DNA of 61,522 nucleotides, taken from NCBI GenBank assembly GCA_026391215.1, contig JAPLDX010000081.1, positions 1-61,522 of the forward strand, given 5' to 3'. The notes below the pieces were generated by a model, which worked only from the letters and a program-made list of their open reading frames with translations, made no database searches and had not been told where the DNA came from. Shown here in pieces: positions 28,042 through 38,039 of the stretch. Both the position numbers and the translations under genes were made by a program. The DNA comes from Bacteroidia bacterium (GTDB lineage: Bacteria > Bacteroidota > Bacteroidia > Bacteroidales > VadinHA17). Position 1 is the first letter of the stretch, and the number at the start of each line of letters is the position of its first letter.

Positions 28042-29844
28042 TTATTTGTAAAGAGGTCCATAGCTCTGACATGCCCTGTAGTCCGCTCCTTCCTTATCCA
28101 TTCCGAAGGCATTCCATGAACTTGGACGGTATATCTTATCCTCAGGAACATTATGCATGCATACCGGTATTCTGAGAAGCGATGCCATTGTTATCAGGTC
28201 GGCTCCTATATGACCGTAGCTTGATGCAGAATGGTTTGCGCCCCAGTTTGCCATAACAGAGTAAACGTCAGTGAAAGGATCTTTGCCTGTTAACCTGGGT
28301 GTGAACCAGGTTGTAGGCCAGGTAGGATCTGTTCTGTCAGTCAGTGTCTTATGAACCTTTGACGGGAGTTCAACTGTCCAGCCTTCAGCCAGCTGCAGCA
28401 CAGGACCGAGTCCTTTCACCAGGTTTATTCTTGATATTGTCAGCGGCATAACACCTTTTGTGTTGAATTGAGATGAGTATCCTCCTCCCCTGAAATATCC
28501 TGTATTTGCTGGTTCCCACTGTGTTGATTTCAGGCATTCGGCAGCATCCTTTCCTGTGATTTCCCAGAAAGGTTTTATGCATGATTCACCTTTACTGGTT
28601 TCTCTTCCTGAAAAATCAAGTGCTGAGGCTCCTGAATTAATAAGATGAATTATCCCGTTTGCTGCCAGTCCTGAAGGTTTGATACCTGTTACCCGTTTCA
28701 TTGCTGACGGGCTCCAGTAAGTGCGGATATCTGAGAACATCTGGGCAGTGTTTGTAAGAAGATATCCGAAAAGCATCGGAGTCCCGTTCATTGCATCGTT
28801 CTCAGTGGCAACAAGATAAGGAGGCCTGATACCGTTCCAGTCGAAGGAAGAACAGAGTATTGCTTCAAGAAAATCGCCATTCGGCATGTGATCAGTCCAT
28901 TGCCTCTGTCCCTGGAATCCTGCCAGTATTGCATTATGCCCGTTCGATTCCTCACCAAAACCGAGTTTTTTAAGCTTCTGATTTCCCACCATGAGGTCCC
29001 GGGCGATCATAGTCATCTTAACGACGATCTCCCACTCTTCATCCTTCCTCGCCCGCGATTTTGGCTTTGGATTGAGGTCTTTTCCCTCTTTACAATATTT
29101 CTTTGTCCATGCGAGAGCTTTCTTAAATTCATCCTTATCATATATTCCTTCATACAGACGGCGGTTAAATTCGCTCATATCGATATACTCATTTCTCATC
29201 CCGAGATATTCCTGGAAAAAATCTTCCCTGACGATAGAACCGGCAATACCCATCGAAACAGAACCCATAGACAAATATGATTTACCTTTCATAAATGACA
29301 CAGCCAGGCCTGCCTTTACAAACCTAAGTATCTTTTCGCTTACATCATCAGGTATGGTCTGGTCACCTGCATCCTGCACATCATGTCCGTAAATGCCGAA
29401 TGCCGGCAATCCTTTCATTGCATGTCCTGCCAGGGCAGCTGCAAGATAGACTGCCCCCGGACGTTCAGTGCCGTTAAAACCCCAGATAGCTTTAGGAACG
29501 ATATTATTCATGTCTATAGTCTCACTTCCATAGCACCAGCAAGGTGTTACAGTCAGGCTGACTCCAACGCCGGATTTTTTAAATTTCTCAGCGCAGGATG
29601 CCGCTTCAGCGACACCGCCGATCGTGGTGTCGGCAATCACACATTCAACAGCTTTGCCGTTCGGGTATTTCAGGTTTTTTGAAATCAGTGAAGCTGCGCT
29701 TCTGGCCATATTCATGGTTTGCTTTTCAAGGGATTCTCTCACACCCCGTTCGCGGCCATCAATAACCGGGCGAATTCCAACTTTCGGAAAATCACCGATA
29801 ACCGTCTGGTAGTTGCGGCTTATTTTTAATTCATCAGTTGCCAT
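28042..29844 (-). CDS. fucI: L-fucose isomerase
   Basis: IGIRP.IDGR-like, [30 protein letters not shown]. Confidence 0.96.
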   Translation of the reverse strand: MATDELKISRNYQTVIGDFPKVGIRPVIDGRERGVRESLEKQTMNMARSAASLISKNLKYPNGKAVECVIADTTIGGVAEAASCAEKFKKSGVGVSLTVTPCWCYGSETIDMNNIVPKAIWGFNGTERPGAVYLAAALAGHAMKGLPAFGIYGHDVQDAGDQTIPDDVSEKILRFVKAGLAVSFMKGKSYLSMGSVSMGIAGSIVREDFFQEYLGMRNEYIDMSEFNRRLYEGIYDKDEFKKALAWTKKYCKEGKDLNPKPKSRARKDEEWEIVVKMTMIARDLMVGNQKLKKLGFGEESNGHNAILAGFQGQRQWTDHMPNGDFLEAILCSSFDWNGIRPPYLVATENDAMNGTPMLFGYLLTNTAQMFSDIRTYWSPSAMKRVTGIKPSGLAANGIIHLINSGASALDFSGRETSKGESCIKPFWEITGKDAAECLKSTQWEPANTGYFRGGGYSSQFNTKGVMPLTISRINLVKGLGPVLQLAEGWTVELPSKVHKTLTDRTDPTWPTTWFTPRLTGKDPFTDVYSVMANWGANHSASSYGHIGADLITMASLLRIPVCMHNVPEDKIYRPSSWNAFGMDKEGADYRACQSYGPLYK

Positions 29845-29880
29845 AGAATATATTTTTAAGAATTTATTTTTCGGATCTAA

Positions 29881-29888
29881 CAAATATA
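29881..29888 (-). promoter_or_regulatory. -7 promoter box TATATTTG for fucI
   Basis: Exact TAnnTTTG match. Confidence 0.55.
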
Positions 29889-29935
29889 ACGTTTTTTATA
29901 CTCTGTAGTTCTCTGTGTATTTCCAGGGATTTCAC

Positions 29936-30131
29936 GTACTCACCCCCTTCTTTCGCTACGTTTAGGATTCCTCCTCTCCGCTGTCCCTGACCTCTCCCCC
30001 CGACCCCCTCCCCCAGGAGGGAGGGGGCTAAGTAACTGTATGACAAATAATTCCCCCCTTCTCTCTTGGGAGAAGGGGGTCAGGGGGATGAGGCATATAA
30101 GAAAGAAAAAAGGGATCAGGGGGATGAGTAC
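29936..30131. repeat. Family C nested inverted palindromic repeats
   Basis: Arm 29991-30027 is the approximate reverse complement of 30053-30093; outer pair gtactcaccccct / agggggatgagtac. Confidence 0.8.
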
Positions 30132-30194
30132 ATGTAAGTAAAGACATGGAGGTCCGCGGAGTTTTTGTACATTTACATACTTTAGAAACTCAAG

Positions 30195-31049
30195 ATGTAC
30201 AAGGGCAGGAGATTACCGGAATGGCTTAAAATGCAGCGAGCAAGCGGGGAGAATTATTCCCGGGTGAAAAGGCTCGTTGAAAGCAACAGGCTCCATACAA
30301 TCTGTACCAGCGGGAACTGCCCCAACATAGGTGAGTGCTGGAATGCCGGGACAGCAACTTTTATGATCCTTGGTGATATATGCACGCGCGCCTGTAAATT
30401 CTGCAATACAAGAACAGGTAAGCCTTTGCCGCCTGATCCTGATGAGCCTCAGAGGCTTGCGGAGTCAATAAAGCGACTGGGGATTAAACATTGCGTGATT
30501 ACTTCTGTGGACCGTGATGATCTTAAGGACAGTGGCGCCTTCTTCTGGGCAAATACAATTGCGACAATAAAAAAAACAAATCCCGGATTAACAATAGAAG
30601 CGCTTATCCCTGATTTTGACGGAAAACCTGTTAATATCCGGAAAATTATTGATGCCTCTCCGGACGTAATATCTCACAATATTGAAACTGTAAAAAGGCT
30701 CACACCCCTGATCAGGACAAAAGCAAAATATGACAGGAGTCTTGCCGTTATAAAATACATAACTGATAAGGGAAAAATTTCAAAGTCGGGTTTTATGCTC
30801 GGACTTGGAGAGACTGAGAAGGAAGTACATGAAACCATGGATGATCTTGTAAATGCAGGATGCAGAATATTAACTCTTGGACAATACCTGAAACCCAGCA
30901 TGGAGCACATGGAAGTAGTTGAATATATTACCCCGCTGAAATTTGAAGAATACAGGGAACTGGCTTTGAATAAAGGATTTGAATTTGTTGAAAGCAGTCC
31001 GCTCGTACGATCCTCTTTTCATGCTGAGAAACATATAAAGGCTGGATAA
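30195..31049 (+). CDS. lipA: Lipoyl synthase
   Basis: CTSGNCPNIGEC, CTRACKFC, RSSFHA. Confidence 0.97.
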   Translation: MYKGRRLPEWLKMQRASGENYSRVKRLVESNRLHTICTSGNCPNIGECWNAGTATFMILGDICTRACKFCNTRTGKPLPPDPDEPQRLAESIKRLGIKHCVITSVDRDDLKDSGAFFWANTIATIKKTNPGLTIEALIPDFDGKPVNIRKIIDASPDVISHNIETVKRLTPLIRTKAKYDRSLAVIKYITDKGKISKSGFMLGLGETEKEVHETMDDLVNAGCRILTLGQYLKPSMEHMEVVEYITPLKFEEYRELALNKGFEFVESSPLVRSSFHAEKHIKAG

Positions 31050-31088
31050 TTATGATTATATTGCAGCAACTGAAATGGGGAATCCTGA

Positions 31089-31796
31089 TTGAGCTATAGT
31101 GTTAAATATGAGGATATTGGATTAATGGATTATAAGGAAGCCTGGGATTATCAGGCAACAATCTTCAAAGAGCTTATAATCGGTAAAAAAGAGAAGGGAA
31201 ACGAAGCCAGTTCATGCAAATCCGGCACCCTGATCTTTGTCGAACATCCTCACGTATATACTCTTGGCAAAAGCGGTTCTGAAAATAATCTCCTGATCGA
31301 CTATATCCAGCTAAGGGCAAAGGATGCACAGTTTTTCAGGATCGACAGGGGAGGAGATATAACTTATCATGGTCCCGGACAGATAGTCGGATACCCTATT
31401 TTCGATCTGGAGGTAATGAAGATAGGATTGAAGGAATATATTTTCCGCCTGGAAGAAGCTGTTATTAATACTATTGGCGAATTCGGTCTCACAGGATCCA
31501 GGTTGGAAGGAGGCACAGGTGTATGGCTTGAGCCTGAAGTAAAAGGAAAGGCAAGAAAAATATGTGCTATAGGCGTTAAGGCCAGCAGGTACGTAACGAT
31601 GCACGGATTTGCATTTAACGTTAACACTGACCTTATATATTTCAACTACATTAATCCATGCGGATTTACTGACAAAGGAGTAACCTCGCTGGAAAAAGAG
31701 ATTGGCAAGAAGCAGGATATAAATGATGTAAAGACCATTGTCAGAGGAAAGCTCAGAGAGGTCTTTGATCTGGACTGGACAAATATGCGAAGCTGA
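31089..31796 (+). CDS. lipB: Octanoyltransferase
   Basis: EHPHVYTLG, RGGDITYHGPGQ, KICAIG, HGFAFN, PCG. Confidence 0.96.
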   Translation: MSYSVKYEDIGLMDYKEAWDYQATIFKELIIGKKEKGNEASSCKSGTLIFVEHPHVYTLGKSGSENNLLIDYIQLRAKDAQFFRIDRGGDITYHGPGQIVGYPIFDLEVMKIGLKEYIFRLEEAVINTIGEFGLTGSRLEGGTGVWLEPEVKGKARKICAIGVKASRYVTMHGFAFNVNTDLIYFNYINPCGFTDKGVTSLEKEIGKKQDINDVKTIVRGKLREVFDLDWTNMRS

Positions 31797-33517
31797 TGGA
31801 AAAGAAATGGATCATAAAAGAGCGAGGGGACAATGTGGTTGTAAAACAGCTTGCGGGTGTTCTTGGTGTCTCTGAATCACTGGCAAACCTGATGGTACAG
31901 AGATCTATCACTTCTTCCGAAGAAGCTCATGCATTCTTTAATCCAAGCCTGGATTATCTTCATGATCCTTTTATGATGAAAGGTATGAATATCGCTGTCG
32001 ATCGTCTCTCAACAGCTATTAAGAAAAATGAAAAAATTCTTGTTTATGGCGATTATGACGTCGACGGAACAACAGCAGTTGCACTTGTCTATTCATTTCT
32101 TAAGGAACAATATTCGAATGTTGAATACTATATACCCGACAGGTACAAAGAGGGTTATGGAGTTTCATTCCTGGGGATTGATTATGCGGCACAGAATAAC
32201 TGCAAGGTGATCATCACTCTCGATTGCGGTATCAAGGCAGTCGAAAAGATACTGTATGCAAAAAATAAAGGGCTCGAGGTAATCGTCTGCGACCATCATT
32301 ATCCGGGTGATAAAATTCCTGAAGCGCTTGCTGTCCTTGACCCGAAACAACCTGGCTGCAATTATCCTTATAAAGAACTTTCAGGGTGCGGAGTAGGATT
32401 CAAGCTGATACATGCATATTCAAGAATCCATGGAATGCCCTTCAGTACTATAGCACAATACCTTGATCTGGTTGCTGTAAGTATTGCCTCCGACATTGTC
32501 CCGATAACGGGAGAGAACAGAGTGCTGGCTTATTTCGGACTTAAGCAGCTGAATGAATCTCCGCGAATGGGTCTGAAGGAAATATTAAGGGAAGCTGAAG
32601 TATGCAGGGCTTTGACTATTGAAGATGTTGTTTTCAAGATCGGCCCCAGGATAAATGCTGCCGGAAGAATGGAGACAGGAGGCAGAGCTGTCGAACTTCT
32701 TATTGCCAATGATACAAAACTGGCAACGGGGATCAGCAAGGAGATCAATAATTACAATAATGAACGGAGAAGCATCGACAGGGTGATCACCTCCGAAGCT
32801 ATGAGGATGATATCCGAGGACCAGCGGAATACCAACGCCAAAACAACAGTACTCTTCAATCCGTCATGGAAAAAGGGCGTAATTGGCATAGTGGCTTCCC
32901 GGCTTATCGAGACATATTACCGGCCAACAGTGATCCTGACAGAATCAAATGGCTTTGCTACAGGTTCAGCAAGATCAGTACAGGGCTATGATCTCTACCA
33001 GGCTATAGAGTCATGCAGTGACCTGCTGGAAAGTTTCGGAGGACACATGTTTGCAGCCGGGCTCACGCTTAAGAAAGAGAATATCAAGCCTTTCATTGAA
33101 AGATTTGAACAATACGTTAAAAGCACCATTACTGAGGACCAGATGCTGCCAAGAGTTCTGATTGATACAGAGCTCTCATTTTCAGAGATCAACGAAGAGT
33201 TCTTCAGGGTAATGAACCAGTTCCAGCCGTTTGGTCCCGAGAATATGTCGCCGATATTTATGTCAAAAAGCGTTTTTGACAGCGGAACAGGACGAATGGT
33301 CGGAGCCAATGGCGAGCATCTTAAACTTGACCTGTGCCAGGAATCAACCGGGACAAAAACCCTGCCTGCCATTGCATTTGGACAGGCTAACCATTTTGAA
33401 TATATAAGAAGAGGCAATCCATTTGATATCTGTTATTCAGTGGAAATGAACGAGTTCAGGGGCAATAAGAATCTGCAGCTCAATATACGCGACATTAAAA
33501 CACCTGAGGATAAATAA
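31796..33517 (+). CDS. recJ: ssDNA-specific exonuclease RecJ
   Basis: GDYDVDG, DCG, DHH, PRINAAGR, GSARS, FGGH..AAG. Confidence 0.97.
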   Translation: MEKKWIIKERGDNVVVKQLAGVLGVSESLANLMVQRSITSSEEAHAFFNPSLDYLHDPFMMKGMNIAVDRLSTAIKKNEKILVYGDYDVDGTTAVALVYSFLKEQYSNVEYYIPDRYKEGYGVSFLGIDYAAQNNCKVIITLDCGIKAVEKILYAKNKGLEVIVCDHHYPGDKIPEALAVLDPKQPGCNYPYKELSGCGVGFKLIHAYSRIHGMPFSTIAQYLDLVAVSIASDIVPITGENRVLAYFGLKQLNESPRMGLKEILREAEVCRALTIEDVVFKIGPRINAAGRMETGGRAVELLIANDTKLATGISKEINNYNNERRSIDRVITSEAMRMISEDQRNTNAKTTVLFNPSWKKGVIGIVASRLIETYYRPTVILTESNGFATGSARSVQGYDLYQAIESCSDLLESFGGHMFAAGLTLKKENIKPFIERFEQYVKSTITEDQMLPRVLIDTELSFSEINEEFFRVMNQFQPFGPENMSPIFMSKSVFDSGTGRMVGANGEHLKLDLCQESTGTKTLPAIAFGQANHFEYIRRGNPFDICYSVEMNEFRGNKNLQLNIRDIKTPEDK

Positions 33518-33556
33518 TCTGCCTTTACCAGGCAAAAATCCGCCCCGGGAGAAGCA

Positions 33557-34516
33557 ATGAAAAATAAATTTAAGATATATCTTAAAGATTGTTCCGGATT
33601 GGAAGAGATTGAAAGCAGTTCGGTTGATGCAGTTATCACGGATCCTCCGTATGGCATATCATTTCAGAATAACCGCTGGGACAAGGCACTCCCTGACAGG
33701 AAGATTTGGGCAGATTGCCTGCGGGTACTCAAGCCCGGTTCATTTGTCCTGGTCTTTTCATCTGTCAGGCTGCTCCATCGCCTGATGGCCGATATTGAAG
33801 ATACCGGATTTATCATAAAGGATATTTTATTCTGGGCCTTCCTCAATGGAATGCCTAAAAGCAGGAACGTAGCACTGGAAATTGATGCAGAATCGGGCAT
33901 CGAAAGTAAAGTCATCGGCAAATACTCTTATGTGCAGGGGTATAAGAAAGGTGGTGCTGACAGCTATAAAAACCAAGGGGAAAAACTTAAATATGAACCG
34001 GTTTCAGGATCAGGTAAAAAATATAAAGGGGCAGGACTGGGTATCAAGCCGGCTTATGAACCGATAATTATGGTTCAGAAACCAATGGAAACGAAGCTTA
34101 CTGTTGCTCAGAATGTTATTAAATTCGGAACTGGCGCACTTAATATTGACGCAACACGAATCCCATATGCCAGAGGTGAAAAAAAGGTAGGGCATAATCC
34201 CCACCCGGGCGGGAGGGTAACATCAAATATTCTGCGCACAGATGAGTTTGGAGATGGTTACGATAAGTTCTTTCTTGTTCCTAAAGTCCGTCAGCATACT
34301 GAAGAGTATAATTACCATCCGACTATAAAGCCGGTGGATCTTATGCTCCACCTGACAAAACTTATTACTTTTGAAAACCATCTGGTGCTTGACCCTTTCA
34401 TGGGAACCGGCAGTACCGGACTTGCCTGCATAGATCTTAACAGGGGCTTTATAGGATATGAAAATGATCCCGGATATTTTAAAATAGCAAAGAAAAGGTT
34501 TAAGGAGAAATCCTAG
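33557..34516 (+). CDS. Site-specific DNA methyltransferase (N6A/N4C, beta-type motif order), orphan
   Basis: TDPPY near the N-terminus; HPTIKP and DPFMGTGSTG near the C-terminus. Confidence 0.88.
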   Translation: MKNKFKIYLKDCSGLEEIESSSVDAVITDPPYGISFQNNRWDKALPDRKIWADCLRVLKPGSFVLVFSSVRLLHRLMADIEDTGFIIKDILFWAFLNGMPKSRNVALEIDAESGIESKVIGKYSYVQGYKKGGADSYKNQGEKLKYEPVSGSGKKYKGAGLGIKPAYEPIIMVQKPMETKLTVAQNVIKFGTGALNIDATRIPYARGEKKVGHNPHPGGRVTSNILRTDEFGDGYDKFFLVPKVRQHTEEYNYHPTIKPVDLMLHLTKLITFENHLVLDPFMGTGSTGLACIDLNRGFIGYENDPGYFKIAKKRFKEKS

Positions 34517-36561
34517 AACCATAACCGGAACTGCATCCTTAATTCATCCTTTTCCTGTGTAATAAAATCGTCTTCAATCAATGATGTAAGGCCATATTTG
34601 ATCCGGATCTCAGCAATATCGCCGATCTCCCATTCTGCCATCAGGTAAATGCGGGTCCCTTTTCCGGATAGCGCAGGTATGCTGAAGCCGTAAAGCAGAT
34701 CATTTTCATAGGTATAAAGCCGGGAGTACCAGTCATCTGTATTAAAAATACAATGCCTGAACCATATTGTGACCGGGACCTGTCTGAACCTGTATTTAAT
34801 ATCCTGTAACATGAGCATGCCTTCGCTGCCAGATTCATCAGCAAGCTTGTAATCAATGCGTGTTGCAAGTGTAATGTTTTCGACAGGAGAATATTTTATA
34901 ATACCTTTAAACGTCCTGGTTTTCAGTTCTGAAATTCCGGCAATGCCCTGTTCATTCTCCATATCGGACATTGAAAACCTGTAATTATATGATGCTTCAA
35001 TGCTGAAATTTTCAACAGGAATATATTTTACCCTGATCTCCTGTTTCTTTTGCAATGATGGATAGCTGCAACGGTACTTCAGCCACGGAAAACAGGCAAT
35101 ATCACAACCGGCACTTATGAACAGATGTCTTGCAGCTTCAAATGTGAAATTTCCCAGGATGCCATATTCATTTCCAGTTGAGGAGCCGCTTCCGGGGCTT
35201 CTGGCATGAAAGCTGGTGAATTCCGGCGAATAGTTTCTGTATAAGAAATTAATTGACAGCCTGTCTGATGGTCTGAATGTAATACCCTGTACCATCGCAA
35301 GGTTCAGGGTATGATCCCCTGATAATTCTCCATAAAGTAACATTCTTCTAATAAGGCTGTTGTAATAAACGGACCAGACTCCGTTAGTCATCCCATCAAA
35401 TCCGTAAAGATCTTCGGGATTGTTGCTTCTTAATTTTACCGGAAGCGAAAACCTGCTTTCTGACCAGGTCACTCCAATCCTGACAGATGAGATATCGTAA
35501 TTAATATTGATCCCGTAAAATGTTTCGAAGACCGCATCTTTTTTCAGGATAAGAGATGTGGAATTATGCAATCCGGTTCTGTAAAAACTTTCCACGAACA
35601 GTTTTGTAGAATCCGATGAGGAACCAATTGTCGCATCAATTTTATTACAGGAATATAACAGCGAAAACCCTAGCTTTTTTATTGAGAATTCTGCTGCAGC
35701 TCCCCTCAGAAAGTTATTCTCATCACTTGATGTGTACGGCCTTATCTCATCTCTTCCGGTCATGTAGCCTGACGCAGTTAAGGAAAGACCTGTACGCATC
35801 ATGGTATTTATATTGGTACTCTGTCCGAATCGGGCGGAATAATCGCCAATGATTATTTTCCGCATAATTCCCTTGCCGGTGTAAACCAGGTGTGAAGAAA
35901 AAAAATCCGGGAAGGGGGACAGGAATTTTTCGCCAGCATCTTTCTCAATAGTTACTCCCCCGGAAAATGGTCCGGAAATAACCCTGTATTTTGACAGCAT
36001 TTTCCAGGGAGAGCCGGGGGCGAGTGAATCACTTTCCCCTGGTTTAATATTAAGATTTGTGATTATGTTATTTCTGAGCTTTAGTTTTCCGGAGATATTG
36101 TTTTCTTTATAGTCCAGGGATATAAAAGGAACCATCATTTCTGTTGTATGTCTGTCAAATCCGGGGAGAGAGGCTATTTCATAAACTGAAACAATATTGC
36201 CGGATTCTCTGGTATGGTCTATAATAGCTTTTATCTGAAAATCGGATAGAAAAAAGATCCGTGATATTTCAGCCTCGTCTCCGGAATTGATATTTGCAGG
36301 ATTATCAGAAAGTTCATGCAGTTGTTCAATAAATAAGGCTGCTACTTCCGTATCCGATTCATCATCAGCAAGCTCCTCGGCGATAGTGATTATAACTTCG
36401 GAAATTTTTGAATCCTGGCAATAAATAGTTCTTGTAAGAATTAAAACGGTTAAAAGAAAGGCAGGTTTCTTTAAATGAGTAGAAAAAGAATAAACCGCAA
36501 AGCACGCAAAGGTTTGCGCGAAGTGCGCAAAGAGGTTTACTGACGTTTTATAGTTTTTCAT
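34513..36561 (-). CDS. Helix-hairpin-helix (ComEA-like) domain outer-membrane protein
   Basis: NPANINS, IVSVYEIASLPGF HhH; EKDAGE and YENDLLY; beta-rich C-terminus ending in F. Confidence 0.75.
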   Translation of the reverse strand: MKNYKTSVNLFAHFAQTFACFAVYSFSTHLKKPAFLLTVLILTRTIYCQDSKISEVIITIAEELADDESDTEVAALFIEQLHELSDNPANINSGDEAEISRIFFLSDFQIKAIIDHTRESGNIVSVYEIASLPGFDRHTTEMMVPFISLDYKENNISGKLKLRNNIITNLNIKPGESDSLAPGSPWKMLSKYRVISGPFSGGVTIEKDAGEKFLSPFPDFFSSHLVYTGKGIMRKIIIGDYSARFGQSTNINTMMRTGLSLTASGYMTGRDEIRPYTSSDENNFLRGAAAEFSIKKLGFSLLYSCNKIDATIGSSSDSTKLFVESFYRTGLHNSTSLILKKDAVFETFYGININYDISSVRIGVTWSESRFSLPVKLRSNNPEDLYGFDGMTNGVWSVYYNSLIRRMLLYGELSGDHTLNLAMVQGITFRPSDRLSINFLYRNYSPEFTSFHARSPGSGSSTGNEYGILGNFTFEAARHLFISAGCDIACFPWLKYRCSYPSLQKKQEIRVKYIPVENFSIEASYNYRFSMSDMENEQGIAGISELKTRTFKGIIKYSPVENITLATRIDYKLADESGSEGMLMLQDIKYRFRQVPVTIWFRHCIFNTDDWYSRLYTYENDLLYGFSIPALSGKGTRIYLMAEWEIGDIAEIRIKYGLTSLIEDDFITQEKDELRMQFRLWF
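36492..36534 (+). repeat. Family D CGCAAAG-unit repeat, left arm
   Basis: aaaccgcaaagcacgcaaaggtttgcgcgaagtgcgcaaagag. Confidence 0.8.
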
Positions 36562-36579
36562 TCTGCTTGATATCTGGAT

Positions 36580-36957
36580 TCAAATCTTGTTTACTATGCG
36601 TTTTATACCATTTTTCAGGAGCGAAACATTAAAATTTATAAGCAATCCAAGCTTATAATCCCCTAATTTCATGTAAGTTAATGTCTGAGCAAAATGAACA
36701 TCATTTAATGCTTCAACACTTTTTATTTCAATCACAACTTTTCTTTCTACTAATAAATCAATCCGATATCCACATTCAAGTTTGACCTCTTCAAATACCA
36801 GAGGCATTGGTTTCTCTTTTTCAACAAAAAATCCTTTTTTCATCAATCTATAATAAAGACATTCTTTATAAGCACTTTCTAATAAACCTGGACCAAGTGA
36901 CTGATGTACATCAATTGCACTTCCTATAATTTCAGTTGATATTTCATTCTCAGTCAT
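36580..36957 (-). CDS. GxxExxY protein (PD-(D/E)XK nuclease-like)
   Basis: GPGLLESAY, RIDLLVE..VVIEIK, QTLTY, GLLINF. Confidence 0.92.
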   Translation of the reverse strand: MTENEISTEIIGSAIDVHQSLGPGLLESAYKECLYYRLMKKGFFVEKEKPMPLVFEEVKLECGYRIDLLVERKVVIEIKSVEALNDVHFAQTLTYMKLGDYKLGLLINFNVSLLKNGIKRIVNKI

Positions 36958-36985
36958 AATATTGATATTTAAATTGTTATTGTTT

Positions 36986-37026
36986 CTCTTTGCGTCCTTT
37001 GCTCTTCTTTGTGTGCTTTGCGGTTA
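36986..37026 (-). repeat. Family D repeat, right arm (inverted)
   Basis: Reverse complement is taaccgcaaagcacacaaagaagagcaaaggacgcaaagag. Confidence 0.8.
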
Positions 37027-37040
37027 TTTTCTATTTTGAT

Positions 37041-37859
37041 CTAACGGATTTTAAATACTAAAGAGGCACTTGAAGTAACACCAAGCTTTTCATGAGTTGC
37101 GAAGCCAAGATCAAGCTGCAGGGATTTCATAAGGTACCCGAGTCCGAAGCAGAACGAAGTATTTTCGGTACTGAACCCACCGCGAAGCCGGAATTTTTTA
37201 AATGCTTCATACTCGAAACCGGTTCTTAGTATCAGCTTTTTTCCTGAGCTTATTTCAGCCTCTGCCCCTGCAAACAAAACACTGCTCAGCTCTATTCCGG
37301 CACCTGTCCGCAGTACTGTCGGCAGGAAGGTTTTTCTCAGGGAATTGGGTACAGGATTGAAAATATGAATTCCAATGCTGATATTCTCCTTTGGATGGAT
37401 CAGCAAGCCGGCCTCGAATGTTATCGATTGCCTGTTCTTATATTCCCCGGATGTTTTCTCTGAGAAGTAATCTACCTGCAATCCCGCAGCAATATTTTCT
37501 GACAAATCCATACCGCAGCTTAATCCGCCCGTTACCCTTCTGAAATTATTATAACCGAAATGGGAATAAACAATACCGAGGGATGTACCTCCGGCAGGAA
37601 TGACAATTCCTGCAGTTCTGGTTCCCAGTTCGCTGATATTAAACCTGTTCTCGTAGTTGATCCCGGCTGAAAGCGACCTGTTTTCTGACAGAAGCGCCTG
37701 GTTATGGAAAAAGGACCAGAATCCGTCCTTCATGATGCAAACGGAGGCCATTCCTGATCCGGCAGCTCCGGCCGGAATAATGTAAGTATCACCTCCGGAG
37801 GCAACTGATGACAGAAAAACAAATAAAACCGAAACAGTTATTTTGTGCAGCGAGTACAA
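37041..37859 (-). CDS. Hypothetical outer-membrane beta-barrel protein
   Basis: Signal peptide; alternating amphipathic strands; FHNQA motif. Confidence 0.6.
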   Translation of the reverse strand: MYSLHKITVSVLFVFLSSVASGGDTYIIPAGAAGSGMASVCIMKDGFWSFFHNQALLSENRSLSAGINYENRFNISELGTRTAGIVIPAGGTSLGIVYSHFGYNNFRRVTGGLSCGMDLSENIAAGLQVDYFSEKTSGEYKNRQSITFEAGLLIHPKENISIGIHIFNPVPNSLRKTFLPTVLRTGAGIELSSVLFAGAEAEISSGKKLILRTGFEYEAFKKFRLRGGFSTENTSFCFGLGYLMKSLQLDLGFATHEKLGVTSSASLVFKIR

Positions 37860-37941
37860 AATGTTTCAGGTATAAACAATAAAGATACAAAAAAAACCAA
37901 ACCGATAATGGATTGATTCAGAATTTTCTTCTCGATTTTTG

Positions 37942-38037
37942 ACCCCCCACCCCCCCTGAAGGGGGGCTATAAACCCAACTGATACATACATAAAATCTTT
38001 CTTGGGTTTCAACCCCCCTTCAGGGGGGCAGGGGGGT
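37942..38037. repeat. Family B inverted palindrome pair, second copy
   Basis: CCCCCCTGAAGGGGGG 37951-37966 and CCCCCCTTCAGGGGGG 38013-38028; directly after the purE stop codon. Confidence 0.85.
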
Positions 38038-38039
38038 TT

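Noticed and set aside
28035-28151. Longer start for the DUF5362-like gene
   Set aside because: Overlaps the fucI 3-prime end; the ATG at 28034 fits operon spacing
29864-30046. 60-aa ORF containing PSLLGEGVGGRG
   Set aside because: Translation of the family C palindrome; no independent coding evidence
33557-36957. MTase plus GxxExxY as a restriction-modification pair
   Set aside because: Opposite strands, separated by a 2-kb unrelated gene; the nuclease has its own repeat boundaries
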